Source: Polyangiaceae bacterium
GTDB lineage: Bacteria > Myxococcota_A > Polyangia > Polyangiales > Polyangiaceae
Direction of reading: 5' to 3'
NCBI GenBank assembly: GCA_044376115.1
Contig: JBILLK010000007.1
Span: 160,001 to 224,000 of the forward strand
DNA: 64,000 nucleotides
The position numbers and the translations under genes are program-made. The notes under the pieces were generated by a model, which was not told the DNA's origin, did not search any database, and saw nothing but the letters and a program-made list of their open reading frames with translations. Below are positions 1 to 9,556 of the stretch, one piece after another. Each line of letters begins with the position of its first letter. Within the stretch, counting starts at the first letter, position 1.

Positions 1-500
1 GCTATCGTGCGCTTTCTCTCTCCCTGCGGCTCGTTAGGCGCGAGAAGGTATGGAACTGTGCAGTAGGGGTTCTCCTGCCGCAAAGCAGCGCAGAAGTCCT
101 AAGCATCAAGCCGCGAGCGCCCGGCCTCTTTGGACGGCTGTTTGCTGAAGGTCGTCAAGTTGGGATCGAGGAGTTCGATGCCTCGTGGGCAGCCGTCTTC
201 GAGACCCCAGAAGGGTTCCAAAAGCTGTTGACGCCCGAGGTGCTCGAACGGCTCGGACGGTGCCGATCGGAGACGCTTCGGATCAACGGCGCAGGCGTCT
301 GTGAAACCTTAGCGACCCCGGACGACCTCAGTCGAGCGCCTGATCGACCTCGCGGAAGCGCTTGGCATCGCAGAGGGCATGATTGAGCGGACGCATGCAG
401 GTTACCGTTGAGCTGAGAGACCGCGTTCGCCGAGTTGAGCGCGCGCCACGGCCACGTTTGCGCGTTGACGCCGTCCTCGGCCCAGCGGACTGCATCGGTG

Positions 501-1571
501 ATGCGTCCCTCCACCGCGGTAATGGTGCTCGTCTTCGGAACGATGCTCTCCTGCGGCTCGTCGGCGCAGCCGCTGGACGCAGCGTCGGTTGCGCAGCGAA
601 CGATGCGTCTTTCTGCGGGAGCGCACTTCAGCTGTTTGCACGGTGGAACGACGACTTGTTGGGGCCTGCTTTCGATGCCGAAGGAGCTGAAGTCGCCGCC
701 AGCGGCGGAGCAGCTAGCACTACGTTCAACTTTTGGGGACGTGCGCGCGGTCGGCGGTGGTCCCGGCTTTTTGTGTGCAACGCGCAGGGATGGGGAGGTT
801 GCCTGCGGGACCGGAGACGATCAACCGCTCAGCGTCGTCAGCCTCCCTGGGAGTACGCAAAAGCTCGCGGTCGGGGACGAGCGTGTATGTGCAGTGATGA
901 GCGACAGGCCGATCCACTGTTGGGCGCCAGGCAGCGCGCCGCAAGCGGTTGCCGGGACTGAAGGAAGTCTCGGTGTGGCGGTGGGGATCGGCTTCGTCTG
1001 CGCGCTCGCGCCACAAGGGACAGTCGCGTGTTGGGGCAACAATGAAGCAGGCTTTCTCGGGGATGGCACCACGACCTCACGTGAAGAGCCTCGCGCGCTG
1101 GCCGGCCTGCCGAACGTGGTGCAAGTCGTGGCCGGGCGCCTGTTCGCCTGCGCGCTCTCGCGCGCAGGCACCGTGCATTGCTGGGGCCTCGGGGACGACG
1201 GTCAGCTCGGGGATGGCGTCGAGCGCAAGCTGGACGCTTTCTCGAGCGAGCCGGTGACGGTGAAAGGGCTGAGCGGCGTCGAGGCGATCACCGCCGGCCA
1301 TGGTCATGCGTGCGCGCTCAAGCAAGGTGAAGTCCGCTGCTGGGGCGCGAACAGCGTCGGGCAACTCGGAGATGGCACGACCGAGCGACGCTTCGCCCCG
1401 GTGGCCGTGAAGGGGCTCGACGGTGCCGTGGAGGTCGTCGGAGGTGGCGGCCACTCCTGCGCGTTGCGTAGCGACGATACGGTGTGGTGTTGGGGCAATG
1501 GCTCCTTCGGGCAAGTCGGCGGCGGTTCGACGCCGACCGTTCCGACGCCCCGACGCGTTGAGCTGCGGTGA
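501..1571 (+). CDS. RCC1-repeat beta-propeller lipoprotein
   Basis: Repeated 'CAL..G.V.CWG.N..GQLGDG' RCC1-like repeats; lipobox-like MLSC. ATG at 501 preferred over TTG at 435. Confidence 0.85.
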   Translation: MRPSTAVMVLVFGTMLSCGSSAQPLDAASVAQRTMRLSAGAHFSCLHGGTTTCWGLLSMPKELKSPPAAEQLALRSTFGDVRAVGGGPGFLCATRRDGEVACGTGDDQPLSVVSLPGSTQKLAVGDERVCAVMSDRPIHCWAPGSAPQAVAGTEGSLGVAVGIGFVCALAPQGTVACWGNNEAGFLGDGTTTSREEPRALAGLPNVVQVVAGRLFACALSRAGTVHCWGLGDDGQLGDGVERKLDAFSSEPVTVKGLSGVEAITAGHGHACALKQGEVRCWGANSVGQLGDGTTERRFAPVAVKGLDGAVEVVGGGGHSCALRSDDTVWCWGNGSFGQVGGGSTPTVPTPRRVELR

Positions 1572-1579
1572 GGTGAATC

Positions 1580-1981
1580 GTGAACGTTATTCGATGCATC
1601 GGCGCGGTGGGCGCGCTCCTTTTCCTGGTGGGCTGCTCGGGGCCCAAAGACGGCGCGCCGGCGACGACTGAATCGTCCGCGCCGACGAAGTCGCCGGAGA
1701 AGAGCGCGAAGGTAGTCGACCGGAACCCGCCCGCCGAGAGCGCGAAGGCTGTCGAGCGAGAGCCGCCGGACCTGCTGACGCAGGTCAAGGAGTGGCGCGA
1801 CAGAACGTGCGCTTGCGCGGATGCAGCGTGCACCGAGCGGACCTACGACGCGTTCCGCGCTTGGCGAAAGTCTCTTCCCCGGGCGAGTGGTCCTGGTCCG
1901 GAGGACCCGCTCGAGAAGCTTGGAGATCCGTGGGAGAAGGCGGAAGCCGAGCTAAAAGCCTGCCGCAAGAAGTACAACTAA
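1580..1981 (+). CDS. Hypothetical lipoprotein
   Basis: Hydrophobic signal ending LVGC; short repeated linker; CxCxxxxC motif. Confidence 0.6.
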   Translation: MNVIRCIGAVGALLFLVGCSGPKDGAPATTESSAPTKSPEKSAKVVDRNPPAESAKAVEREPPDLLTQVKEWRDRTCACADAACTERTYDAFRAWRKSLPRASGPGPEDPLEKLGDPWEKAEAELKACRKKYN

Positions 1982-1990
1982 GCGCGCGCT

Positions 1991-2584
1991 TCAGCGCACT
2001 GCGCGTCCCCAGCCCAGTGTGAGCCGTACCTCCACGAGCGACACCGGGATCTGGACCACCTCGGCGACCGTCGATCCGGCCAGCCCCGTCGCGGTGCCGA
2101 TGGCTGAACGCAGCTGCGCCGCATGGCGCTCGATCAGCGCAGCACGATGGGCCTCTTCGTCGGCGACGCGAGCAACGGGCTCACGCCAGGCGAGCAGGAC
2201 TGCCGGGCGCTGCTTGCGGAGCTGCGTGGCCGAGTTCGCGAGGGCTTCGACGGTGCGCGCCGCGAGGTCGGCGCGGGCCCAGAAGTCGAGCGAAGCTGCG
2301 AGCGGTACCTGCAGGAGGCCGTCGAGCTGGACGTCTTCACGGGCACGCTTGTCGGACTTGTCGCCGCTGCCGCCTCCGAGATGGAGGCGCTGCGCGACGA
2401 GCTCTGCGCCCGCCGCCAGCGCATCGAATTGACGAACGAGCTCGTATGCGGCCTCGCGCAGGATACGAATGGCGCCACTCGCGCCCTGACCGTCGACGGT
2501 CGCTGCGACGGCGATCGTCAACACGTCAGGGCGCACGGCGAGACCTGGAGCAGGTGCGTGGTCAGGCGCTAGGGCGATCTGCAT
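1991..2584 (-). CDS. Hypothetical protein, weak SIMPL/DUF541-like resemblance
   Basis: Long ORF with protein-like composition; 'VRPDVLTIAVAATV' recalls the SIMPL N-terminal strand; start uncertain (2584-2614). Confidence 0.4.
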   Translation of the reverse strand: MQIALAPDHAPAPGLAVRPDVLTIAVAATVDGQGASGAIRILREAAYELVRQFDALAAGAELVAQRLHLGGGSGDKSDKRAREDVQLDGLLQVPLAASLDFWARADLAARTVEALANSATQLRKQRPAVLLAWREPVARVADEEAHRAALIERHAAQLRSAIGTATGLAGSTVAEVVQIPVSLVEVRLTLGWGRAVR

Positions 2585-2793
2585 GCGCGAAACATACAGG
2601 ACTTGGCCCTCCAAAGAACGACGGTTCGCCTACGTGAAAGCTGGAGGACTCACACATTCGACCTCAGCGGCTCGGCGTCGACGCCACGCTCGCTGCAGGC
2701 TGAAGTAACGTAGCGAGGTTCGAGAGGCCGATTCACGACGACCTCGAACGTGGTACATGGCTAGTCGCCGAACGCCGCATCGTTGGATCCGAC

Positions 2794-3246
2794 ATGAAGC
2801 CCTTTTCGCTGGAAAATCGCGTCGACAACCTGATTGAAGCGCGAGTGAGAGCACTGCCCGAGCTGAGCGACGCCGATCGGTACGCCGAGGCGCTCGCAGC
2901 GGCGGCGGGGAAGTTCGGAAGCCAAGCGCAGGCCGTCCTGTGCGCCGATCATCGGCCGGTCGGCATCTATCGGCAGGAGGTAGCGGATCGCCTTGCGGCC
3001 CTGTTTGCCGCGATGAACACACGCCTCTCGCGCGCTGCTGTGTTGGTCTCACGCAGCAACGCAACGCTCGTGATGCAGCTCGAGCGCCTCGTACGCGAGG
3101 CCAGGAACCCCTCGCGGCGCGTGTTCTTTAGCGCGAGCGATGCTGTGGTATTCATGGCTTCTGAGCTGACGCCTGCCGCCCAGGAACGTGCGCGCAGCTT
3201 CCTCGCCGAGTGGACCCCGCGCCCCGAAGACGGCCCACTGCGCTGA
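2794..3246 (+). CDS. Hypothetical protein (STAS/SEC14-like small domain)
   Basis: 150-aa ORF; 'VLCADHR...RAAVLVS..NATLVMQLERL...RRVF' resembles small myxobacterial STAS/SEC14-like proteins. Confidence 0.55.
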   Translation: MKPFSLENRVDNLIEARVRALPELSDADRYAEALAAAAGKFGSQAQAVLCADHRPVGIYRQEVADRLAALFAAMNTRLSRAAVLVSRSNATLVMQLERLVREARNPSRRVFFSASDAVVFMASELTPAAQERARSFLAEWTPRPEDGPLR

Positions 3247-3308
3247 GTCCAAGCGGCCCCTGCGATTGCAGCTGAAGAAGAGCTGCGAGGGAGCTGCTAC
3301 GGTGAACT

Positions 3309-3935
3309 ATGCGGATCTCAGTGAGAGTCATGCTCAGCCTGCTCGTCGCATGCGGAGGGGCCGAGGTAGGGCCGGATGCAAACGCCGTGGTTACGCTGCC
3401 AAGGCTGCCGAGCGCGAGCGCGGAGGTCGCCGCAGCGGCGACCACGAAGCCGCCTACCGAGCCTGCTCCTCCAGCGCCGATCGCGACCTTGGCACCTACC
3501 ACGGCAACACCCGCTCCGCCGGAGACCGCGAGCTCACCACTGCGCTTGGGGGAGGCGTGCGCTGCTTCCGACAGTCCGTCGCGGCCGGCCTGCGGCGAGC
3601 GAGGTCGGGTCTCAGCGACGTGGCAGACGACCTCCGTGCTCGGAGCGAGCTCGCTCCCGTGCACTCTCAAAGCGATCGAGCCGACGCCTACCTCCAGCAC
3701 CGAAATCAGCCGTGCGCTCGAGAGCCTGGGTGGTGGATCGCTGTGCGTCGCAGACGACGAACTCATCGTCTACGCCCCTTGCTTCATGTGCCGCATGCCC
3801 ACCGGCGATTTCGTCCGCGCGCGCCTCTCCGAACTCACAGCGCCGCAACACAAGGCCATCGCACAGTTGCTTGGAATCAAGCCCCCGCCGCTCTCGGCGG
3901 CCGCTTGGAGAGCCGTGGCGAAGGCTGCACGCTAA
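3309..3935 (-). other. Antisense ORF (3152-3766) overlapping the + strand lipoprotein; treated as non-coding shadow
   Basis: Low-complexity Ala/Gly/Ser translation mirroring the + strand gene; listed only to mark that the + strand call is preferred. Confidence 0.1.
3309..3935 (+). CDS. Hypothetical lipoprotein
   Basis: Signal with LVAC lipobox; Pro/Ala/Thr linker; Cys-rich C-terminal domain including CFMC. Confidence 0.65.
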   Translation: MRISVRVMLSLLVACGGAEVGPDANAVVTLPRLPSASAEVAAAATTKPPTEPAPPAPIATLAPTTATPAPPETASSPLRLGEACAASDSPSRPACGERGRVSATWQTTSVLGASSLPCTLKAIEPTPTSSTEISRALESLGGGSLCVADDELIVYAPCFMCRMPTGDFVRARLSELTAPQHKAIAQLLGIKPPPLSAAAWRAVAKAAR

Positions 3936-3981
3936 CCGGCGTTCGTAATCGGAGCATCGAGCGTCATCGCGGTATCCACGT

Positions 3982-4635
3982 TCATCGCGGAGCTCGCACT
4001 CGGGATAGGAACCGCAGTGGTTCGGGACACTTTGCAAATCCCCGCGCAAGCGCTTGCGCCTCGATCGGAACGATAAGGTTGGAGAAGAACCACTTCTCGC
4101 TGCCTGTTTCTTGCACGCTGCCATGCGCGAGCAACTTGTGTGCGGTCACTAGAGCGAGGTGCGCGTTGGTCGCCGCCGCAAGTCGAAGTCGAGCCTGTTC
4201 GTTCACGTGAAGCGCCACCTTGCTGTCGTCGCTCTCAACACACACGACATCTCGATTCGTAAGGAGTGGCGTGCGTCGGACCCGGTGTTTTGGCTTCTCG
4301 GGCTCTGACGCGCTCCATTCACCAATCCAGCGCGCCTCCGGCTCAGCCTCGCCCGCAAGAGCAACGACCTCCAGCTCGGTAGGCTCTGAAGTCGGGGTTG
4401 ATGCGGATGCGGGGGCCATGGCACCGGATGAGGTCGCCGCTGTCGACGAAGCCAGCGCAGTTGACGAAGCCACCGCGATCGACTCGCTGCCAACCGTAGG
4501 GACGGTAGGGGTCGCCGACGAGCAGGCTGCCACGAACATGAAACCAAGAAGCCCGAGCACGCCACGAAGACCTGGTCGAATGGACGGGCGAACTTGCCTC
4601 GCCGAGGACTTGGCACTGTTACAGAACAGCTTCAT
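3982..4635 (-). CDS. Hypothetical lipoprotein
   Basis: ATG overlaps the stop of the upstream ATP-grasp gene (ATGA 4635-4632); FVAAC lipobox; Ser/Ala linker. Confidence 0.55.
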   Translation of the reverse strand: MKLFCNSAKSSARQVRPSIRPGLRGVLGLLGFMFVAACSSATPTVPTVGSESIAVASSTALASSTAATSSGAMAPASASTPTSEPTELEVVALAGEAEPEARWIGEWSASEPEKPKHRVRRTPLLTNRDVVCVESDDSKVALHVNEQARLRLAAATNAHLALVTAHKLLAHGSVQETGSEKWFFSNLIVPIEAQALARGFAKCPEPLRFLSRVRAPR

Positions 4636-5513
4636 TGCGCTCCGGCGCAAAGCCCGGCCCACAGCGCCGCTCGCGATGCGCGCGCGGCGGCAGCGAACTG
4701 CCCATCCCCCAACTCGATCACGGTCCAGCGCCCATCGCGGAGCTGCCCTACATCGATCGCCAAGAAAGGTGTCGGTAGGCGGCTGGCCGCGCGCTCAGCG
4801 AGAGCAAGCACCGCTTGTTCCTCGTCTGGAGACAGGTGCATCAGCTCATCCTCGCCATGCCAGTAATATCCGTGGGCAATGCTTCGACCGTGGAGCACGA
4901 ACACGCGAAACTCCCGGCCGAACGGCACGCCGTGGTCCGAGCGTCGAACGTGCGCGAGCTCTACCAATTCGCGCACGATGGCATGGCCGCGAGAACGCAA
5001 GCCGTGCTCGAGAATGGCGCCGACCCTGTCTCGCAGTTCGTCCTTGTCGTTGGCGATACAGGCGGACCAGCCCCGGGCCTTCAGCGATTGCATCGTGCCT
5101 TTGACGAACATCGGAAAGCCGACCTCCAGCGCAGCGGCCTCACATTCCTCGACCGAGGCAACCCATCGGCTCTTCGGCGTCAGATCGGCGATCAGCGGAT
5201 AATATCGATGGAACTCCATCGACAAAAGGTGCGCGTCCGGGTCGTTGAGCAGCTGAAGGCCTTTGGCCGCCATCGCCTCGTAAACCGAGCGATAGAGGGC
5301 AGGCTCAGGGATGTAGCCAATCCACACGGCGGGCTCCGGCGGGTCGTGCAGCGCGAGGTGCGCTAGCGCGTCTTCGGCTCCGAAGATCGACGCTGTGGCT
5401 CCCGAGAACGTTTGCACCTCGAGGCCAGCCGCCTTCGCCGCCGCGACCGTATCCGCGGTGTCCTGGCCCGCTGCGGTCTCGAGCGAGCCGCCGTCTTCGA
5501 GAAGCACGAGCAT
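4632..5513 (-). CDS. ATP-grasp domain protein (R2K/DUF4343-like)
   Basis: 'GFPMFVKG', 'IVRELV', 'EFRVFVLHG', 'FLAIDVG...WTVIELGDGQ' ATP-grasp motifs. Confidence 0.8.
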   Translation of the reverse strand: MLVLLEDGGSLETAAGQDTADTVAAAKAAGLEVQTFSGATASIFGAEDALAHLALHDPPEPAVWIGYIPEPALYRSVYEAMAAKGLQLLNDPDAHLLSMEFHRYYPLIADLTPKSRWVASVEECEAAALEVGFPMFVKGTMQSLKARGWSACIANDKDELRDRVGAILEHGLRSRGHAIVRELVELAHVRRSDHGVPFGREFRVFVLHGRSIAHGYYWHGEDELMHLSPDEEQAVLALAERAASRLPTPFLAIDVGQLRDGRWTVIELGDGQFAAAARASRAALWAGLCAGAQ

Positions 5514-5674
5514 CGAGGCCAGCACGACTCTAGCGCGTCGTCGCGGGCGCGTCCGGCTACTTTGTTTTCGGCTGCGTTGCGAGCGCGTCCCGCTGCGATC
5601 GCGCGTGGGGTTGCGCGAGCCTCCGCCGCTCCGATAGCCTCGGCACACAGCTGCGCTCGTCGCAGCCGTATCCA

Positions 5675-6373
5675 ATGGAGCTTTTTAGCTACCACCTGAT
5701 CCGAGCGCCGTTCTTCGATGTGGCGGCGCGTCTCTTGAGCTCGTCGGCATTGCGCCGCGTCGAGGGCCTTCGCCACGCGGAATGTCTGTTCCCCATGCGA
5801 ATGGGCCACAGCGTGATGCTCCCGGGGCGCTTCCTCGTAACGACGCTGGTGCTCTTCGCCTTGTGGGAGAACGAGGCCCACCTCGATCGCTTCCTCGCGT
5901 CGCCTCCGTACCGGGTGTTCGAGCGGGACCATTGGCACGTACGGCTACGCTTCTATCGACGCTGGGGAACGTATCGGGGGCTCGACGAGGCGAAGCTGTA
6001 CACCGAGCTCGCCGACCCCGAAGGGCCGGTTGTGGGCGTGACCTTCGCGCGCCTGAAGCTGAGCGAGACCTTCCGCTTCGCGCGCTGGGGAAAGCCCGTT
6101 GAAGCGCAGGTGCGCGACCACCCCGGCGTGACCCGCGCCACGGTCGCCTTCCGCCCGTTCAACACCTTCTCCACCTTCAGCATGTGGCGCAGTGAAGCGG
6201 ACATGGTCGGCATGGTCCGAGGCCGACAGGCCGCAACCGACGGCACCGGTCACCGCGACGCCATGGTTGAGCGCGCTCGCAGGGACTTCCACTACGAGTT
6301 TACGACGATGCGGCTTTTGCCCCTCTCCGAGCACGGTCAGTGGCCCGAGCCGATGCGCCTTTTGCCGCGCTGA
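5675..6373 (+). CDS. DUF3291 / spheroidene monooxygenase (CrtA)-like protein
   Basis: 'FALWENEAHLDRF', 'STFSMWRSEADM', 'GHRDAM' dimeric alpha-beta barrel motifs. Confidence 0.65.
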   Translation: MELFSYHLIRAPFFDVAARLLSSSALRRVEGLRHAECLFPMRMGHSVMLPGRFLVTTLVLFALWENEAHLDRFLASPPYRVFERDHWHVRLRFYRRWGTYRGLDEAKLYTELADPEGPVVGVTFARLKLSETFRFARWGKPVEAQVRDHPGVTRATVAFRPFNTFSTFSMWRSEADMVGMVRGRQAATDGTGHRDAMVERARRDFHYEFTTMRLLPLSEHGQWPEPMRLLPR

Positions 6374-6400
6374 GCCACGGCGCTTCGGCCTCCCGCGTCG

Positions 6401-7243
6401 TTAGCGCGCCGCGCTTGGGCCGTGCGGCCTAGCGGGGTGCGCGAGGGCTACCGCGAGCAGAAAACACGGCGCGATCACGATGGCGTTGAGTACGCCGTGC
6501 ACCGACACGATCGCCCGGATCCCCAGCACGTCGTCCAGTAGTCGCAGCGCGAGTTCGTTGCCCCACGCGAGCACCATCGTGAACACGAGGCCCGCGAAGC
6601 TCAAAGCGCCGAGGGCGAACGCCGCGCGATCCCGACCCCACACGCTGCGGAGGAACGTGAGCTGCGCGAGCGGAAGCGCTACCGAGAGCCCGACCACGCC
6701 GATCTTCTTGAGCGCGTGTAGCTGGTCGATCCCCAGCGCGATCAATAAGAACGACGCAAAGCAGATGAACAGCGCGGGGAGGTAGGGCGTGCTCTCGAGA
6801 TCCTCCTTGTCGACGAGGATCGCGAGCGCGCCCATCACGATCCAGCCGAGCACGTTGCCGTGGAGCGCGGCATAGAAGCTGAAGTTCATCCCGTAACCGA
6901 GGAGATGGAGGTCGTTCGAGCCAGAGACGAGCCACACCGCGGCGACGTTGCTGAAGAGAAACGGTACGCACGCGGCCAGTACCCGTGGGGAGCCAAGCGA
7001 CGCGAGACGCGAGCGAAGAAAGAGCCCGAAGCTCGTCGCGGTGAACAGGAGCCAGGGGACGCACAGCAGCGGCGCTGGCCATAGGAGACCAGTCGCTGCG
7101 CAGCCGAGCGCGACGACGTGGGCCGCCACGTGAAGCGGTGAGAGCCCCAAGAAGTGACGATGCGTCCCCAGCGGGCCGAGGGCCATGCTGACGAGCAAGA
7201 GGACGCGCAGCAGATCGAGCTCAGACATCTCCGGGGTGAGCAT
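6401..7243 (-). CDS. YndJ-like multi-pass membrane protein
   Basis: About 9 hydrophobic segments; 'ALHG' and 'VHGVLNA' motifs; start uncertain. Confidence 0.65.
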   Translation of the reverse strand: MLTPEMSELDLLRVLLLVSMALGPLGTHRHFLGLSPLHVAAHVVALGCAATGLLWPAPLLCVPWLLFTATSFGLFLRSRLASLGSPRVLAACVPFLFSNVAAVWLVSGSNDLHLLGYGMNFSFYAALHGNVLGWIVMGALAILVDKEDLESTPYLPALFICFASFLLIALGIDQLHALKKIGVVGLSVALPLAQLTFLRSVWGRDRAAFALGALSFAGLVFTMVLAWGNELALRLLDDVLGIRAIVSVHGVLNAIVIAPCFLLAVALAHPARPHGPSAAR

Positions 7244-7313
7244 GTCAGCTATCACAGTAACGCGCATCCATCCGTAGGCGATGCGGCCCGCAAGCCAGCT
7301 TCCCTCCGGCTCG

Positions 7314-8321
7314 TCAGGCGCGCCGCGCCCGCTCGACGAAGAAGCGTACATCGTCGTTCATGGCTACGGGCTCCAGGCTCGATCCAGGATGCGCGCGGGC
7401 CCATACGCGAAACACCTCATCGGCGAACGCCTGCCCGACCCCGGGTACGCTCTGGAAGTCGAGCACGATCTCGCGAAAGCGCTCCAGGCCGTGGAGCAAG
7501 CGCTTGGCTTCGGAGCGCGACAGAAAGTCGCGGCCCAGGCCGAACAGCTTCACCACGGTGCGGGTGCGCACGAAGGCGAAGTCTTCAGTGAACGCGTCGA
7601 AGACCTGCCGCAGCGTTTGGCGCGGTGGGCGGTCGATCACGGCGTTGATGAGGGTACCAACGCGTGCCGGCTCGGCCAGCAAGGCCACGTCGTCGAGTGG
7701 GGCATCGACGATCAGCACATGGCCGTTGGCGTGAAGCTCGAAGCGGCGGGCGACGCGTGACGAGAAGAAGATCCCTTCGCCCGAGTGACGCTCAGGCATG
7801 CTGGTCACCTTTCCCTTGGTGAGTTCGGCGCCGGCCTCGACGTGGCTCTCGAGCCCTCGTAGCGCCCGCACGCGTTCGAATGCCCCCACGCCGTCGTCCG
7901 AAATGGTGAGCTCGACCGAGCGCTCGTGCACGCGAACGGATACCTCGATGGACGTGCCCCCCGAGTGGTCGATGGCGTTGTTGAGCATCTCGCCTGCGAC
8001 GTAGGAAAAGGCGGCTGCCGTCTCACGGTCGAGCTCTTGCAATGACGTGACGCGGCGCTCTAGGTCGCTGACGATGCGGTCCTCTGCGGATGTCGCCACC
8101 GGGTAGCTGAAGGTGCGGCTCTCGAGCGTGCTGGCAGGCACATAGCGTGCGCCCCTCCCGCTCCCACTCGGGGCCAATCTTCCGGCCGCTACTTCGCGGC
8201 GAAGTTGAGCATGCGCGGTCTGGCGAGAGACGCCCAACGCTTCCGCGAGCTCCCCGGAGGACACGCTTCCATTCGCAGCCAGAAGGCTTGCGAGACTGCG
8301 ACTCTTGACCTTTCTTGGCAC
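7314..8321 (-). CDS. wHTH + HATPase_c + DUF4325 (STAS-like) protein
   Basis: HTH 'SSGELAEALGVSRQTA'; GHKL 'EMLNNAIDHS', 'ISDDGVG', 'SGEGIFF'; C-terminal 'SRSEAKRLL...LDFQSV..VGQAFADEVFR'. Confidence 0.85.
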   Translation of the reverse strand: MPRKVKSRSLASLLAANGSVSSGELAEALGVSRQTAHAQLRREVAAGRLAPSGSGRGARYVPASTLESRTFSYPVATSAEDRIVSDLERRVTSLQELDRETAAAFSYVAGEMLNNAIDHSGGTSIEVSVRVHERSVELTISDDGVGAFERVRALRGLESHVEAGAELTKGKVTSMPERHSGEGIFFSSRVARRFELHANGHVLIVDAPLDDVALLAEPARVGTLINAVIDRPPRQTLRQVFDAFTEDFAFVRTRTVVKLFGLGRDFLSRSEAKRLLHGLERFREIVLDFQSVPGVGQAFADEVFRVWARAHPGSSLEPVAMNDDVRFFVERARRA

Positions 8322-8492
8322 GTCAAGAAACGTAAGGTCGGTATTCGCTAAACGTCAACTCGTGTGCGCTAAATCGTCAAGCCTGCAACCATCCCGGAAG
8401 GTCGACGATAGCAGCCCAATGACGTTCTGGAGGGCGACGGGGTAGCCGATTTTCCCAGCGGACGGCTCGGGCCCTAGCGATATGCTCGCGGC

Positions 8493-9485
8493 ATGAGCAA
8501 AGCCGCAATCGACGCATTCTGGGCCTGGTGGCCCTCGGTGAAGGCGCAGCTCGACCAGAGCATCTCGAGCCGCGAAGGCTTCGACTCGGAGCTGGTCGAG
8601 CAAATCAACCAGCGCGTCGCGGCGATCAGCCCCGACCTCGATTGGGAGCTGGGCAAGGGATTGGAGAGCGCGCACCATATTTGTTTGAGCGCCAAGGGCG
8701 ATCCGGTTGGTCGCCTGACGGCTCAGCGCTGGCTCGCAAGCGCGCCCGAGCGCGACGAAACCTGGGAGTACCACGCAGCGCGGCAAGCGGCGCCTCCGGG
8801 GATGCGACTGGAGATCGCCGGTCACGAGGTCGGGCTCGAGGACTTCGTGTTCACGTTGGAGGAAGATGAGGGTCGCGAGCTGCTCGACGTCGTCGCCCAC
8901 CACCCATCGTTCCTCGCGATCGACGACGAAAATCTGCGCGACCGCATCACCTTCATCGCGCTCGACCAGGCGCTTGGCGAGGACGGCGTGGAGCGCTGGA
9001 TCGGCGCCATCGACGTAAGCCGAGAGTCGCTCGACGACGGGGTTTCATTGCAAGGACTGCGTGACGCGGTGGCCGAGCTCGAGGAGAACGCTACGAACGA
9101 ACGCTGGGCGGTATTGCGCGCCGGCAGCGACGAGCGTCCCATCTACGTCAGCGCGAACCTCGCGGCCAAGCGCATCAACAACCTCGAGCGTGACGTCCAC
9201 TTGGTGGTCCACGTTCCTCTCGCGAACCCAACCGAGCAAGGTCTCACCACCGATGAAGAGGCGAGCACGCTCAACGATCTCGAAGACGAACTCAGCGAGC
9301 GGCTCGGCGAGCACGCGCTCTACCTCGGACGCAAGACCAGCGAAGGCCGACGTGAACTCCACTTCCGCGTCCAAGAGGGCGGGCCGGCCGCCGCCGTCGT
9401 TCAGGCGTGGAGCTCTTCGCACCCGAGCTACCCGTTCGAGATCGAGATGAAGCTCGACCCGCGCTGGGAGCGCCGCGCCTGGTGA
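8493..9485 (+). CDS. DUF695-domain protein
   Basis: 'FWAWW' start, 'LDQALGE', and C-terminal 'LNDLEDEL...GRKTSEGRRELHF...DPRW'. Confidence 0.75.
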   Translation: MSKAAIDAFWAWWPSVKAQLDQSISSREGFDSELVEQINQRVAAISPDLDWELGKGLESAHHICLSAKGDPVGRLTAQRWLASAPERDETWEYHAARQAAPPGMRLEIAGHEVGLEDFVFTLEEDEGRELLDVVAHHPSFLAIDDENLRDRITFIALDQALGEDGVERWIGAIDVSRESLDDGVSLQGLRDAVAELEENATNERWAVLRAGSDERPIYVSANLAAKRINNLERDVHLVVHVPLANPTEQGLTTDEEASTLNDLEDELSERLGEHALYLGRKTSEGRRELHFRVQEGGPAAAVVQAWSSSHPSYPFEIEMKLDPRWERRAW

Positions 9486-9556
9486 GTTGCGAGCTCGCTC
9501 CACGGTGTCCGAAACTATGAATAGGGCGCAGCTGGGAACGACGTAGCGTCCCCGTC

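Noticed and set aside
1..430. Possible gene remnant on the + strand (about 120-380) and ORF 155-514 on the - strand
   Set aside because: No clear start or recognisable family; too weak to call.
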